Assembly (NCBI GenBank): GCA_030704615.1
Contig: CM060732.1
Location: forward strand, 23,622,001 to 23,686,000
Reading direction: 5' to 3'
Source of the DNA: Takakia lepidozioides
Taxonomy: Eukaryota; Plantae; Bryophyta
Length of the DNA stretch: 64,000 nt
Shown piece by piece: positions 13,051 through 27,199 of this stretch (position 1 is the first letter of the stretch; every line of letters starts with the position of its first letter). Position numbers and translations under genes: made by a program. The notes beneath the pieces are model-generated. The model was not told where the DNA came from, searched no databases, and saw nothing but the letters and a program-made list of their open reading frames with translations.

Positions 13051-14180
13051 ATGATTGCAATTTTTCTTGCTTTTCGTAGCTCCAAGAATTTTGATTTTGA
13101 TTTTGATTTTGATTTTTTTTCCTTTCTAGATGCCAAAGTCTTTTTCAGGGTTAGAAAAAAACTGTGACTCTCGTAATGCATACATTAAATGTAGCCTCCA
13201 TATTAGATTTTGATCGACAAATAGATGGAACACAATGGGCAAAACATGATGTATGAACATATCTATAATTACAAACATATCGAAATGTATCAAAGTCTAT
13301 ATTGAGTATATTCCACAGTTATAAGCAAAGTGAGGTTGTCCACGAGTATATGGACTTTTTTTTTGATGACGTAGTGAGAGCTTGGTATATTGCAACGTGG
13401 CAAACATGAGCCTAGGCTTAGGCCATACGACTTTCCGCCTCGCGTGTTACCTGGCATGACAAACTCCCCGAAGATTGACATTTCTCTAGCCAAAGGAGAG
13501 GATCTTGAGATCAATTGGCGGCATATGAAAAGTCGCAATAAGATCAAAACACAACTTGTTGTCAATCTCCCTCACCCTTAGCTTGGTCTTCTTCTTGTAG
13601 TTCCCTTCACTCCTTTGTTCACTGGTTTCCTTCGGTTGCTGGGGGTTCTCTCCCCTCTTACTTGCTTTCGAAGGTTCTTTTCTAGTCTTTTTTCCCTTGT
13701 TGTTTTAACTTCCTAATTTTCCTAACTCGCTTTTGATGTTTGACACTGGCTACGGGATAATACGTTCCCATGGCTATTTCAGAACTCATTTTTTCCTCAT
13801 TTTAATCTCAATTTCGAGGGCCTCTATATATATATATATATATATATTAGTGAACAGGGGACAGAGGCCCTGGATTAATTTTATTTGGAATTATTGGAGG
13901 GTTTTATTTTTTTAATTTTTAATTTTTTTAATTTAATTTAATTTTTTAAAATAAATAATAATAATAATAATAATAAAAACACCCGAGTACACTATTTAGG
14001 CACACTCACCATGTTCAATGAAACCATGAATGAACCTCCTAGGGGAACTAGAGAAAACCAAGGTTATGACACCCCAAATGACGAAAACTTATGAAGTCTT
14101 GAAAATGAATTAATACTAGCTAGACAAAGACTACGAAGAGCTAATGATAAAATGAAGTAATCAGCGGAATTGAAGTCATG

Positions 14181-14775
14181 TGTCAAGGACGAGAACATGA
14201 CTGAACACAAACAAGATATCAAACTAGAGGTACAAGACTAGACAAGAAGTCAAGGTCGGCATGGCCGAATGCATGATGAGTAAATAAGAATCAAGACGAT
14301 CTTTATGACAATGAACAAGAGTACAAGATATTGGAACACGACTTGAATACTGGAATGCTGGAAACTGGACTGGAGTACCAGATACTAGAAATTGGGCTAG
14401 AGTACTGGGAACTGGAAACAAGAGTAGCTTGAACTGATGTTGGCGAGACTGAAGAGTGTCCAGTCTCGCCTCCTATATATACTGGCTACTAGGAGGTTCC
14501 CTAAGAGGCTTCCCCAAAGGAAGTTTCTTGATGGAGAAGTTTCCTTAAACAAAGGAGGTATCTTGATGGAGAAGTTTCTTCCAAAGGAAGCTTCCTGAGC
14601 AGTTTCTCAAGTTACTCTCGGTAATTTGATAAACTCCCGATAACTTGGTAACTAATGGTAACTTATGGTAGATCATGGTAGATCATGGTAGATCACGGTA
14701 ATTTTCGGTGACATGGTAATTTAGTAACTTCTGGTATTTACTCCTGGTAAGTTCCTTTGGGCTATGTCCGTGACA
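14181..14775 (-). repeat. 3' LTR of outer element
   Basis: TGTCAAGGAC...GTCCGTGACA; matches 19889-19910 and 26021-26303. Confidence 0.93.
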
Positions 14776-15399
14776 TCACCCCCTTCTCTAGCGCCGAGTT
14801 TCTCGAGGAGCGATAAAATCTTGGACTTTCTTAGAGCTGGAGAAAATCCAAAATCCGGCGAATGGTACTTGCCAAGTATTCGGCTCTTCGTTCTTGACTC
14901 AAATGATTTACAGGTCCCTGCAACCATCGATAGTGTCCAACACTTTGAACTTGGGATCACGTAGTGATTTGAGCATTCTGATTTTCGAAACTGCCTTCAA
15001 ACATGATTTCGTTATCCTCTGGGTCCGAAGCCTCAACCTCCAACAGATTTATCAGACTTCAAATAGGCTTCACTTGCCGTCGTACGGGGTCCAGACGAGG
15101 AAGTACGCGTCGCATTGGTGGCCCATCGTCTCGAGAGCGTCGGCGTGATGTTGAAGGTCGTGAGAGTCGGAACGGCTGATCTAGTAGTTGGGTAAGCGAC
15201 AGCTCTAATGTATTTGGTTCATGTGACTCCATGTTGCCAATACAAGATGCAAGAGTGTTGGAAGTGTAGCTATATATATTGATGTGTGATGCTCCTTCCT
15301 CCTTAGTGTGTATCAGGTACACTGAATGTGGAGTCTTCATCTTGAAGCTAACTTGGCTGACATCATCGTTGTGACGTCTTATTGACGTGTAGCACGGGG

Positions 15400-18300
15400 C
15401 TTAGCTAGATATTGTTGATGAAACTCTTGGACTTTGTCAGATGCATTGGCGAGGTTGGATGAAGGTTCCCACATTCGTTCGCTGATGTCGTAGCCTTTCC
15501 AATGTACGAAATACTCAAGACGTTTATACTTGATGCGAGAGTCTAAGACTTCGTTGACTTCATACTCGATTTCCTGATTGACGTCGATTGATGGAGGTGG
15601 TACAGAGACTCTCCCTGGAATATTCTAGGGATGATACAACTTCAAATAATGAAACATGAAAGACTGAATGGATGCGCATATTTCGTGGGAGTTCAAGCCG
15701 AAAAATGACCTGATTTATTTGTCGAGTAATTTTGAATGGTCTCAGGCGTTGATAATCCAACTTCCTTGATGGTCGCGAGGTTTGTATGTCATGTCGAAGA
15801 AGCCACACACGATCTCCGACCTTGAACTGGGGTTGGAGTTGACGATGTTGATCTGCATACTCCTTGTATTGTTTTTGAGCTTCCGCGAGGCGGAATGTAA
15901 GCTCTTTGTGAATCGTAGCAAAATGAGTAGCAAGATGAGTAGCAAGGTTTTCTACAGCTGGACTTCCAACAGTTTTCATGTGGAAAAGATTTGATCGAGG
16001 ATGATGATCATAATTGGAGAAAAATGGAGTTTGTTTGGTCGAAGAATGTATAGTGTTGTTGTAGGCAAACTCAGCTAATGGCAGAAGGTCCGTCCAATTA
16101 TCTTGGTGATAATTTATCGTACAATGAAGATATTGTTCCAAAATCTGGTTTACGCATTCGGTTTGACCATCAGTCTGTGGATGATTAGCTGTAGAGAGGT
16201 TGATCTTAGTATCCAATATGTGAAATAATCCCCTCCAGAAATTTGATATGAACTGTGGTCCTCGATCAGATACGATGTCCTTCGGGAGTCCATGAATACG
16301 GTAGATATTATTAAGGAAGAGTCTTGCAATTTCCTCGCCAGTAACCGTCTTATTACATGGAATGAAATGTGTCATTTTCGTAAAACGATCCACAATAACA
16401 AGGATTGAGTCGGAGGTCTTGGAAATTGGAAGGTCCGTAATAAAGTCCATAGACAAGGACGACCATGGACCCTTGGAAATGGGTAATGGTTGAAGAAGGT
16501 CATAAGGTCGATATCATGGACCCTTCGCCTTAGCACATGTGTTATAAGATTTTACAAAAAAATTCACGAGTTTCCACACCTGCAGCCACCAATAGTCCCT
16601 GGATATCAATTCCATTGTTTTGCTGAAGCCGAAATGTCATACAGCCGGAAGATCATGACATGTTTGAAGAATTCGAAGTCATGTAGGTCCTGGAGGTACA
16701 TAGAGAAGTCCCTTGAAATAAAGTAATTCATCTTTGAATTCGAAGTCGTTTGTAACACGTGGATTGTCTCAAGGTCGATTTAGTTGACTTCGTAGTGTCG
16801 TGGCAAATTGGTCGCTCTTCAGTGCTTCCTGAATCTCCTTTATGATCTCTACATCGTCATAGGTGGACATGGATAACATATTCAATTGGAGATTTGTTGG
16901 TTTCAAGATGATGGATTTCTGTTAGTAAAAAGCTGCATCCCCTTCTTTTGGCGCAAAATACGATCGTCGAGAAATAACATCTGGTTTTCCTTGAAGATGT
17001 CCGGAACGGTAGGTAATAACAAAATCAAACCTTACTAGTGACATACTCCATTTCGTTTGACGTCGATTCAAAACACGAGCACTCCACTCCTCAAAAACAT
17101 CGATAATCGCTATAAGTTCTTTGTCATGGATTTCATAATTAATCTCCGCAGCGGAAAATTTGCGAGAACGAAAACCAACAGGGTGAAGTCGGCCATCTGT
17201 ACTGTATTGAGAGAATACCGCGTCAAGTGCAAAGTCTGATGTATCTGCTTCCAAAAAGAATGATGGGTCTGCAGGTACTAGTATTGGATCCGTTGTAAAT
17301 GCCTGCTTCAGCCTTTCAAATGTTTGGTCAGCCTTCTCGTCCCATACAAATTTGTCCTTCTCTGTGAGTCGTGTCAATGGTGCAGCAATTTTGGAGTAGT
17401 CATTGATGAAGATTCTATAGAAATTTGCAAATCCTAGAAAACATTATACATCTCGGACCGAAGTTGGTTTAATCCACTCGATGATGGTTTGTATTTTCTT
17501 CTGATCCATAAAGACTCATTTGTCGGAAATAATGTAGCCCAGAAATTCGATTTCAGATTGGTGGAAAAGACATTTTTTCAACTTGGCATATAGTTTTTTT
17601 TCCCTCAATTTATCAAGGACAAGGTGTACATGGCGACCATGTTCTTCTCCATTCTGTGAAAATATCAAAATGTCGTTCAAATAGATGACTACAAAGTCAT
17701 CTAAAAATTCTCGAAATATATCATTCATCATGTGTTGAAAAATTGCTAGAGCATTTGTAAGACCGAAAGGCATAACACTGTATTCGAAATGTCCGTATCT
17801 TGTGCGAAAAACAGTCTTCTATTTGTCTCATTCTTTTATTCGTAGAAGGTTGTAAGCTCCTCTCAAGTCGATATTTGTGAAAAAAATTGCTCGTCCAAGT
17901 TGTTTGAGGAGTCCGGAAATCAGCGGTAGTGGGTAACGATTTTTTATAGTGACTTTGTTGAGCCCATGATAGTCCACACACATGCGTAACGATCCGTTCT
18001 TCTTCTTCACAAATAAGATAGGTGCTCCCGCAGGTGATTTCGAATGTCAAATAAAATTCTTTGACAAATTTTCATCAATGTATTCGCGTAAAGCAACCAG
18101 CTCCGTCTGAGATAAATTATAGATCAGGCCGAATGGTGGTTGAGCTTCTTCTTGCAACTCAATTGCACAATCATAAGGTCGATGTTCTGGCAACATGTCT
18201 GTATTTTTCTTCTCGAAAACATAATTGAAATCTTGATATTGAGTGGGTAATGTCGAAGTACCTTGGTCTGTTGTGGTTTTGATCGAAGTCGCATAAAGTG

Positions 18301-19750
18301 CAAATGTTACGTCTTTCTTCGTAACTCTCATGAAGGCTCTAGCTTCAAGAAACATCAGTTGAATATCTTTGATACTTTTGCATTTTTGTCTTGCCAAATT
18401 TTTTCGTGATCGCTAGTCGATGTCAGGATTATGAAGTACAAACCAGGGAAGTCCAAGGATCACATGATTCCTTGGAGACTGGATGACATTGAAAACAATC
18501 TGTGATGCTTGATTTTTAAGCTTCACTTCAAAGGGTCGAGTTTCATGGTCAATATTTCCTGATGCTAACGGTCGTCCATCAATGACTTCAACAGGGGCCG
18601 AGAATTTCTTTCTTACGAGCGTTAAATTGTGTTGCTTCGCAAAGTCTTTGTCAATAAAACACGCTGAAGCGTCCGAGTCCAAAAATGCTTCTAAGGAGAT
18701 ATCTCGATTTTGCATCCTGATCTTTACTAGAACTGTGAAACAAGATACAGGGTCTGGAGATGGAAATAGACCTTTTTTTGGTGAGGAATTTGGGGTGTCC
18801 AGCCGCATAGTTCCTACTATGACTGGACATCTTCGTTTTCCGACCTCCTCGTATCGAACACTTGAATTGTGCCCCGAGCTTTGAATATTTTCTTGTTGGG
18901 GCAGTTTAATGCTATGTTATCATCTTCTCCGCAATAAAGGCATAATCCATTCGAGCGTCGTCTTTGTTTTTCTTGTGGCGTCAATGGCTTGAATCGGACA
19001 GCATCAATCTGCATAGGATCATTACCGGATGTCTGATGGATCATTGTGTTTGGTGCCGTAGTAGCAGCGGTATGGTGCGTCATCGACCATCCAAATCGCT
19101 TCTCTTACCGTCTTTCGAACAAACGATAATCACATGCAATGACTTAGGTGATGAATTCGCTAAGTGTACTCACATTTGGCATTGTCAGCAACAAATCTTT
19201 TACAACCTTTTTTAGGCCACATCGAAACTAACTAATGATGCTCTTCTCATTCCAGTCGAGGTCGCACGCAAGTTGTTGAAATTCGGCAGCATAAACGAAA
19301 GCTGGACGTGCTCTTTGTCGAAGATTTCGCATCTTTGTCTCTGCAACTCTCTCTCTATCATTCTCTCCAAACGTTGCAGTGAACTCGGACATGAACGCTT
19401 CAAAATTGTATAGTAAATGCGAATTTTTCTCTAATAGCGGTGCAAACCAAGATAGGGCAGTGCCTGATAGAAGGGTGCCCACGAATCCCACTTGAATACC
19501 TTCATCAAGGTAGCGTTGTGGATGTAGTCATAGGAACAATCGTACTTGTTGAACAAAATCGCGAAATCTTGATCTCGTCCCATCAAATTTCACGGGCATG
19601 CTGACCTTTGGTTCCCTTGTAATTTGTTGAAGATTTGGAGGAACCATTGCAGTAGGATATGTTGTAGTAGGGACTCGTAAGGTTGAAGATCCATTGTTCG
19701 ACTCCTTCAACTCTGACATTTGTTGTTGCAAATTGTTGAGAGCGTTGCCA
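15400..19750 (-). pseudogene. gag-pol of outer element (frameshifted, with stops)
   Basis: Gag EPKVSMPVKFDG and CLYCGE knuckle; PR FLDSDAS; [25 protein letters not shown]; RH LEADTSD; INT SMDFITDLP, HPQTDGQTE; chromodomain EYFVHWKGY. Confidence 0.92.
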
Positions 19751-19875
19751 AGATCTTGAGACTAATCAGTTTGTAGATGGACAGTAGAGGCACGAAATTC
19801 TTGCATCTTTAGCTGAAGACTCGGCAATGTGACGACCATTTCTGCAAATATGCCTTCCAACTAAGAACAAATTTT

Positions 19876-19886
19876 AGTCTCGCCAA
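19876..19886 (-). other. Non-tRNA primer-binding site (self-priming type)
   Basis: TTGGCGAGACT 2 nt inside the 5' LTR; perfectly complementary to LTR sequence at 14440-14450. Confidence 0.75.
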
Positions 19887-20727
19887 ACTGTCAAGGACGA
19901 GAACATGACTAGTTTGTTTCCGTACCATGGCGTCCCATGGCAAAGAACCAAACCCCACACTTGACTCTACTCTCCACTAGCTAGTTCGGCCGACTTCCTC
20001 CAAGTCCCGGCCAGGGGTGGAGCCTCTCAAGCTCCTCCCAGTGCACTCTTCTTAGCCTTCTTCAAGGTCAAGGAACGATCCTCCCCGATGATCGAATCGC
20101 CTTACTGCAACAACATTGCTTGCGATCGCTCTTGATGCCGCTTTTGGCATCACTTTGCGCAAGGGTTCACCTCGAACCCCCTGTGACTAGGAAGATAACC
20201 TTGAACCAACCGTGCGCCCCAATCACTACAATTGGGTCCGTTTTGGAATGCTGGCCTGAGGTACGGGAACACGTCGAAGCCGCACTACGACTTCGTCCCG
20301 AGGCTACACGATTATAGTACGTGAACGGAAGCACATAGCTTCCGCGTTAGCCCGCACTACAAGGCAACCACCTCGGTAGCGCAGTTATAGTACGCGCACG
20401 CGCCAGGTGCGCACTAGCACGTGAACTCCCAAAGAAGGCGCATGTTTCCTTGCCCCTTGGATGGGAGTCACCCGATTTTGGCACTGCGCAAACACACGAT
20501 TAACCCAATTTACCTCTCCCACTTTTGTAAGCTAGCATGCATTCTACACACTAGCCAACCACACCGTGCATCACCATTCCAAACAAAATAGGACACACAA
20601 CATTTGGAACCCATTTCCTTTATAACAAATTTTTGTACAATACAAGTTTTTGCAATCGGATTCCTGAGCTAGCTAAGCCGGGCTAAGCATGCATTTCCTC
20701 CCCCACGCTCCAAGGTTGATGTCCCCA

Positions 20728-23700
20728 TCAACGCTTCTTCCGCTTTTGAGGTCGCCCTTCGAAAACTGCAACCGCCTCGGATGCGTTTCCCATTTCTGAG
20801 GCACGCACCCAAGATGCCTCCACATGATGATAGCCCTTCCATTTGACGAGATACTCCGTTTCTCGGTTCTTGAACCTCCTCGACTTAAGTATTGCCTCCA
20901 CCTCGTACTCAGGTTCATTTTCATGATCCAACAGCATAGGTGGCGGACGCAACACTTGATGCCGATTCAGACGCGCTTCATCTTTGAAGTAAGGCTTCAA
21001 TAGGGAGACGTGAAATACTGGATGCACCTTGCTGTTTGCCGGCAGCTCCAATTCATACACATCCTCATTCATAACCTTCCGCATACGGAGGTACGAACTT
21101 TGGACTCACTTCCGGAGGTAGTCGGAAATTCTTGATGTTCAACCAGACCTCCGTGCCTGCCTCAAACTTCACTTCCCTCCGCTTCCGATTCGCCTGCTTT
21201 TCATACCGTTTCCTAGCTTTGGCACTGTTGTACTTTGCGAGCTTCAACAAATGCTCGTGTTCTTCTAGTACCGCCGCTACTGCCGGTTCCTCAACGTCCT
21301 GGGCGGCCCAACTTGTCGGCACCAGAGGTGCTTTTCCATAGACCAATACTCCCGTTGCGGAGTGTTCTGTGTTATTATAACAAAACTCTGCCGCGTCTAA
21401 GTGTTCCACCCAGTCTGTTTGGTCTGCCGACACGTAATTCCGCAAGATCTGCTTCACTACGGAATTCACTCTTTCTGTTTGGCCGTCGGTCGTAGGTCGG
21501 AAGGTGGTGCTCATCTTCAGCCTCGTCCCCATCTTCTTCCAAAGTGCCCTCCAAAATTTACTCGTAAACTTTGGATTGCGGTCCGAGACAATATCCTTTG
21601 GGACTCCATGATGCTTTAAGACATGGACGAAGTAAAGTCGCCCTGTTTCCTGCGCCGTTGCTGTCTCCTTGGTGGGGATGAAATGACCCATTTTACTGAA
21701 CCTATCCACCACCACCATGATTGCATCGAATCCTTTTGACAGCGGCATAGCAGTCATGAAATCCATCGAGACGCTTTCCCAAGTCCCTTCTGGAATCGGC
21801 AAGGGTTGTAATAGCCCCGCTTGTTTTTTGTACTCGCTCCCGGTTTTGTTGGCATGTGGTGCATGTCTTGACATACTCCTCTGCCTCCTCCCTCAGTTTG
21901 GGCCAGAAATACTTTTTCTTCAAGAGTGCCGCAGTGCGCTTGGCTCCGCCGTGGCCCGCAAGTGGGCTATCATGGCATTCTCTCAAGAGGCTATCTCTGA
22001 TCCCTCCCTTCGGCACGTAGAGACGCTTTTGCTTATACCGGAGCAGTCCATTTTGCAAGTGGAACTGCGATTTAACCCCCATCCTCAAGTCCTGCATCAC
22101 GGACTTCGCCAGCTCATCCTTCCGGCAAGCCTTCCGGATCTTCCTTTGGAGCGCCGTCTCGCCCTTGTACACCAACAAGAGCTGCTGCTTTCTACTTAAA
22201 GCATCGGCTACCACGTTGTCTCGTCCCGGTTTGTACTGGATATCCACGTCGAACACTGCCAAAGTATCTTGCCACCTAAGTTGTTTTGGGGACAACTTGG
22301 GCTGCGTGGCAAAATACTTCACCGTGACATTGTCCGTGAACACCTTCACTGGGTTGGAACCAACATAGTGGTGCCAAAGCTCAAGACAGTGCACCACCGC
22401 CTTCATCTCTTTCTCGTGCGTCGGCCACCGTCGCTCCACTTCATTCAGTTTCTTACTTTCGTAAGCCACTGGACGTCCATCTTGCATCAGTACACCCCCA
22501 ATCGCGAAGTCCGATGCATCTGTATGTATCTCGAACGGACGATCGAACTCCGGGATTTTCAAGACTGGAGCTTCCGCCATCCGCTGCTTCAATTCAGCAA
22601 AAGCTTGGCCACACAAGGTGTTCCATACCCAGACTTTGGATTTACACAGAAGGTCTGACAACGGCCCTGCGATCTTGGCGAAATTTCCGGTAATAGGAGG
22701 CGAGTCCTAGGAAGGATCGCACTCCCGGGACCGAAGTCGGAGGCTCCCAGTCCAAGATCGCCCTCACCTTTCTGTCATCCATTTTGATCCCATCCTGTGT
22801 AATCACATGCCCCAAGAACTCCACTTTCGTGACCCCGAATTCGCACTTTGAAGCTTTGGCATACAGCTTCCCTTCTCGCAATTTTTGGAACACCCTTTTG
22901 AGGTGCTCCAGGTGCTCCTCCTTTGTTTTCGAGTACACCAAGATGTCGTCGATGTACACGATCACAAAGTCATCCAACCACACCTGAAAAAGGCTGTTCA
23001 TCAGCGTGCTAAATGTCGCTGGTGCATTGGTGAGCCCAAAAGGCATCACCAAGAACTCATACGAACCATACCTTGTCCTGCACGCGGTCTTCTCCTCATC
23101 TCCTTCCGCCACCCGAATTTGATGATAGCCGGAGCGCAAGTCGATCCGGCTGAAATACTTCGCTCCTGCCAATCGGTCGAAAAGGTCGTCGATCCTTGGC
23201 AAAGGGTACCGGTTTTTAATAGTCACCTTATTCAAAGCCTTGTAATCGACACACATCCGCAGCGTCCCATCCTTCTTGTCTGCGAATAGCACCGGGGCTC
23301 CGTAAGGTGACTTACTCGGCCGGATGTACCCCTTTGACATTAGATCCTTGAGCCGAGTCTTCAGCTCGACCAACTCCCTGTGGCTCAACAGGTAGGGTGC
23401 CTTGGCAGGCGGTTCCGATCCCGGTATCACCTCAATCTTGTGGTCAACTCCTCTTCGCGGTGGCAAGCCGCTTGGTAAATCCTCCGGCATCACATCCTGG
23501 TATTTCTCTAAAATCCCCTTGATCCAATCTGGGCTCGGCTCCCCATCGCCTTCTCCTTTCACTTCTCTAATGTAAAGCAAAAACTCGGGCTCGTGTGCCT
23601 CCTCCACGGCCCACTCCCTTACTGACAGAAGGTTTATTCGCCCTCCCACGGATTTGGGCGTTTCCGACACTCGTAAGACCTCGCCACCATTCCCACATGG

Positions 23701-25294
23701 CAGCGTGACTACTCTCTTGCGGCCATCTTTGACCGCTCCGGATTTGCTCAAAAAGGTCATCCCCAAAATGAGATCCACTCCATCGATCTCGCAGATGGTG
23801 AAGTTCCCACGTCCCTCCCAACTCCCCAGTTGAAGAGGAACATCAAACGCCAACCTTGTCGCCAACTGTGGTTCTCCTTTGGCAGAACGCACCTCAATAG
23901 AAGCCCCCACGTCACTTGTCGGGAGTCCCAACTTTCGCGCCGCCGCCGGCGTCATGAAGGAGTGCGACGCTCCTGTGTCCACCAACAACGACACGTTAGT
24001 TCCGGATATTATCCCATCCACGAACAATAACTGACTCCCTTTACGCAGGGCGCCAGTTTCCTGATACAACTCACAAGAATAGTTGCCTACCTTGCAAGTC
24101 CTGGCGACCACCGCTTCCACCAAGCGACTGATGGTATCTTCCGACAGCTCCGTGGTTGCCCGAGTCATGTTCAATTGTTGAGGTTTCGTGCACTTCTTGG
24201 CCATGTGCCCGGGCTCCCCGCAATTGAAACATACTCCATCAAAGGTCGCCTTCTGTCCGCCATAAGTCGTTCCACCCGCTTTTCATTTCGAAGCACCGGG
24301 TGCCGCCTTGACGTGTGAAGGCCCTCCCTTTGATTTCCACGTGTCATTGTCGCCGCGTGGCCTATCCCACTTCTTTTCCGGTCGGAAGGAGTCACCTTCC
24401 CGCCGGGTCTTCTTGTGGTTCAGCTCCGTACGACCTTGTCTCTCACCCTTAGGAACATCCGAGAAACATTCAGCCCTCTCAATTGCCTCGTTCAAAGTCT
24501 TGGGTGGCTTCTCCTCCAACTTCCGCCTGGCCCATGGGGCCAGTCCCGCCACAAAGTTGAAGACCATTTCTGGTTCTGCCTTCGAGCAACAGCACATTGA
24601 AAGCCTGGACATACCCCCGAATGTCATCTGTTTGCTTCAAATTCCTCATCTTGTCCCGGGCAAGCCAGGACGCGTCGAGGGGCACAAACTGTCTCTTCAT
24701 CAATTCCTTGAACCCACTCCAGTTCAAGGTTTCCGGGCTTGGACCTCGGTCGTGAAGGCGTTTCTGCCACCATTGTTGAGCATAGCCCCTCAAATAGGTG
24801 GGAGCCACTTCCACCCGATCCTCGTCACTCAACTTGGCCGCCCGGAAGTACTGCTCTAGCTCCAAGAGCCAGGTGTTGAGTGCCTTCCGATTTCGGACGC
24901 CCTCGAAGGTGCCGGGTTCTTTAGGCTTCACCTTAAACTTTGCCTTAGTGGAAGTGGCATTAGCCGCCTTCAACACGTCTTTCAACGTCCCGCCAAACTG
25001 CGCCAACAACCCTTCCCAAAAGGCTGCCGGCATGGGAGGCATCTCTTCGTTTGTCGGAGCTCTCAAGGATTCCTCGGGCTCCGACTCCTTGGATTCCTCC
25101 CGCTCTTGAGCGGCCTCGTTTTCGGAAACATGCATCGCTTCCTCAAACGGCCGCCTCGGTGACACGTCGCCCCCATCGGGCTCACCAGGATCATCATCTT
25201 TTGGGCCGTTCCACTTTCGCTTTGGCTTGCCCGACCCCATGATGAGGCCAATCCCAAGGACGATCGCATACTGAACTCTAAGCTCTGATACCAA
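20728..25294 (-). pseudogene. gag-pol of nested element (few frameshifts)
   Basis: Gag; [10 protein letters not shown]; RT YIDD; RH HTDASD; INT SMDFM, TDGQTER; chromodomain EYEVEAIL..YLVKWKGY. Confidence 0.95.
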
Positions 25295-25295
25295 A

Positions 25296-26020
25296 TGTCG
25301 CGCACCTCACTTCGGTAAGCTCCCCCTCAAGTCATAGTTACTCGCTTTGATGCGCGCGCCTGACTCCCAACCTGGCCGCCGGGCCAACTTGGAGCTTCGG
25401 CTGCTCACCGGGGCATAACGGTCCCCCATTTGTTCTCCCAAAGAACCCTCCACCGATTTGGAACCAGCGGGAATTCCCTTTGGTAGTTGGCAGTCCGGAA
25501 CAGCTCCCCACTCTTTGGTTGCTTTCCGGCTCGCTTTACTCACTAGTTTTTGGTCACCAACGGGCTTGCACCGTTCTCGGGGTTACTACTCCCTATATAT
25601 ACTTCTGTAGCTGTCCACGGGGGTTTCACAACTGGCCATGCCATTTTATGGCGAACCACCACAAAAACCCTCGACTCCCGGTGATGAGTCGCGGTGAGTC
25701 TTGGCCCACTCACCATGGCCCCTATGGACCGTGATGAGTCCCAAGACTCCCCACGACTCCCACCACGAGGTCTTTGCCCCCATGGTGAGTCCTATGCCAC
25801 CCCCACTAGGTCCTGCTAAGCTACCACCACCCCTTGTGGAGCCACTCCCACCGCAACCCGGTGTGCGGGGCTCCACCTAGTGAGCGCCTCCGCCTCCTTG
25901 AGTGCCTTGGGCACTCAAGGGTGCTTCAGCCCCCCATACCTATCGCTGCCGCTGCCCCCACCACAGGGGCAACCCCTCATGTGTCCCGACCCCCTGCCTT
26001 CAAGGCAAAGGGCCGCGACA
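25296..26020 (-). repeat. 5' LTR of nested element
   Basis: Terminal inverted TGTCGCG/CGCGACA; adjacent Met PBS. Confidence 0.88.
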
Positions 26021-26583
26021 TCTCGCCTCCTATATATACTGGCTACTAAGAGGTTCCCTAAGAGGCTTCCCCAAAAGAGGTTTCTTGATGGAGAAGTTTC
26101 CTTAAGCAAATGAGGTATCTTGATGGAGAAGTTTCTTCCAAAAGAAGCTTCATGAGCAGTTTCCCAAGTTACTCTCGGTAATTTGGTAAACTCCCGGTAA
26201 CTAATGGTAATTTATGGTAAATCATGATAATTTTCGGTAACATGATAACTTAATAACTTCTGGTATTTACTCCTGGAAAGATCTCTGGGCTATGTCCGTG
26301 ACATCATGCTGCCAACTTGACATGACGCCAATTGACGTCTTGATTAAACTCTACCGAGGCCATGGAGGGCCGAGTTGAGATTTCTCCTCCAAACAGAGAG
26401 GAGGCTGGTCCAGATACAGAGAGCTGGTGAAGAGCTGATGCATATGTGATAGTCTCTTGCCTAGGAGGCTGTGAAGCTTGCGTACAATGTCGCTGTTTGT
26501 TGAGGAGATCTGTCGATATTTGCACAAAATTTCGCCCAAGCTCTCTTGGCCTCAATCTGCAAATCCCAAAAAATATGGGACAA

Positions 26584-27000
26584 CACTACGCCAAAAATGG
26601 TTTTCATGACACTTTATATTATTAAGTCATGGATTTCATGACTAAAACCATGACTCAAAGAAGCATTGACCATAAAACATCATACATATGACTCTACCAA
26701 TTTGAAGAGTCACGACCATGACTTCAAAAAGGTAGTGTACTCATGGATATCGTGCCACGTGGTGAGATGCTATTCATCAAGTTTTTATATTTATATTTAA
26801 TTATTTTAAATTCAAAAATATTAAAAAAAATCAAGCAATGTCTGCCACGTGGCACCGCGCTGCGCCACGTGGTGAGAGGCAATTCATCAATTGTTTTTTT
26901 TAACAAATGATTATTATTTTCATAAATTTTTTAAATTCAAAGATATGAAAAATCATGTACGCGATTCCACGTGGCACTGTGCAACGCTGTGCTAGACCAC
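26584..27000 (+). mobile_element. CACTA-like terminus
   Basis: CACTACGCCAAAAATG followed by repeated CATGAC and CCACGTGG subterminal motifs; partner end not found. Confidence 0.5.
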
Positions 27001-27199
27001 ATAACACCATGCATTTTTTAAAGTTAGTTGATGTATATGAACATATATAATAAAAGTATAATTTATACACATAGATAGATAATGGCTTTATTGGTTAGTG
27101 TATAGTGAACTACATCTATATCTGCCCTTAATAAATCTAGTTTGACTTGGTCTGATCAGGGATGGGAGAAGTGGTTGTAATCTCAGGGCTAGGGTTTTG

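Larger units (their letters stand above)
19911..26020 (-). mobile_element. Nested Ty3/gypsy chromovirus (tRNA-iMet primed), 3' LTR missing
   Basis: 5' LTR 25296-26020 (TGTCGCG..CGCGACA); PBS TGGTATCAGAGC at 25293-25282; gag-pol at 20728-25294. Confidence 0.93.
14181..26303 (-). mobile_element. Ty3/gypsy chromovirus LTR retrotransposon (Tcn1-like), outer element, decayed
   Basis: TG..CA ends; 5-bp TSD TCATG at 14176-14180 and 26304-26308; PPT at 14776-14790; gag-PR-RT-RH-INT-chromodomain fragments on the minus strand at ~15400-19750. Confidence 0.95.

Noticed and set aside
13351-13376. Partner CACTA end (..GACGTAGTG) for 26584
   Set aside because: Wrong side for an enclosing pair, and the sequence diverges after CACTACG
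21132-25305. Many plus-strand ORFs
   Set aside because: Antisense shadows of the GC-rich gag-pol
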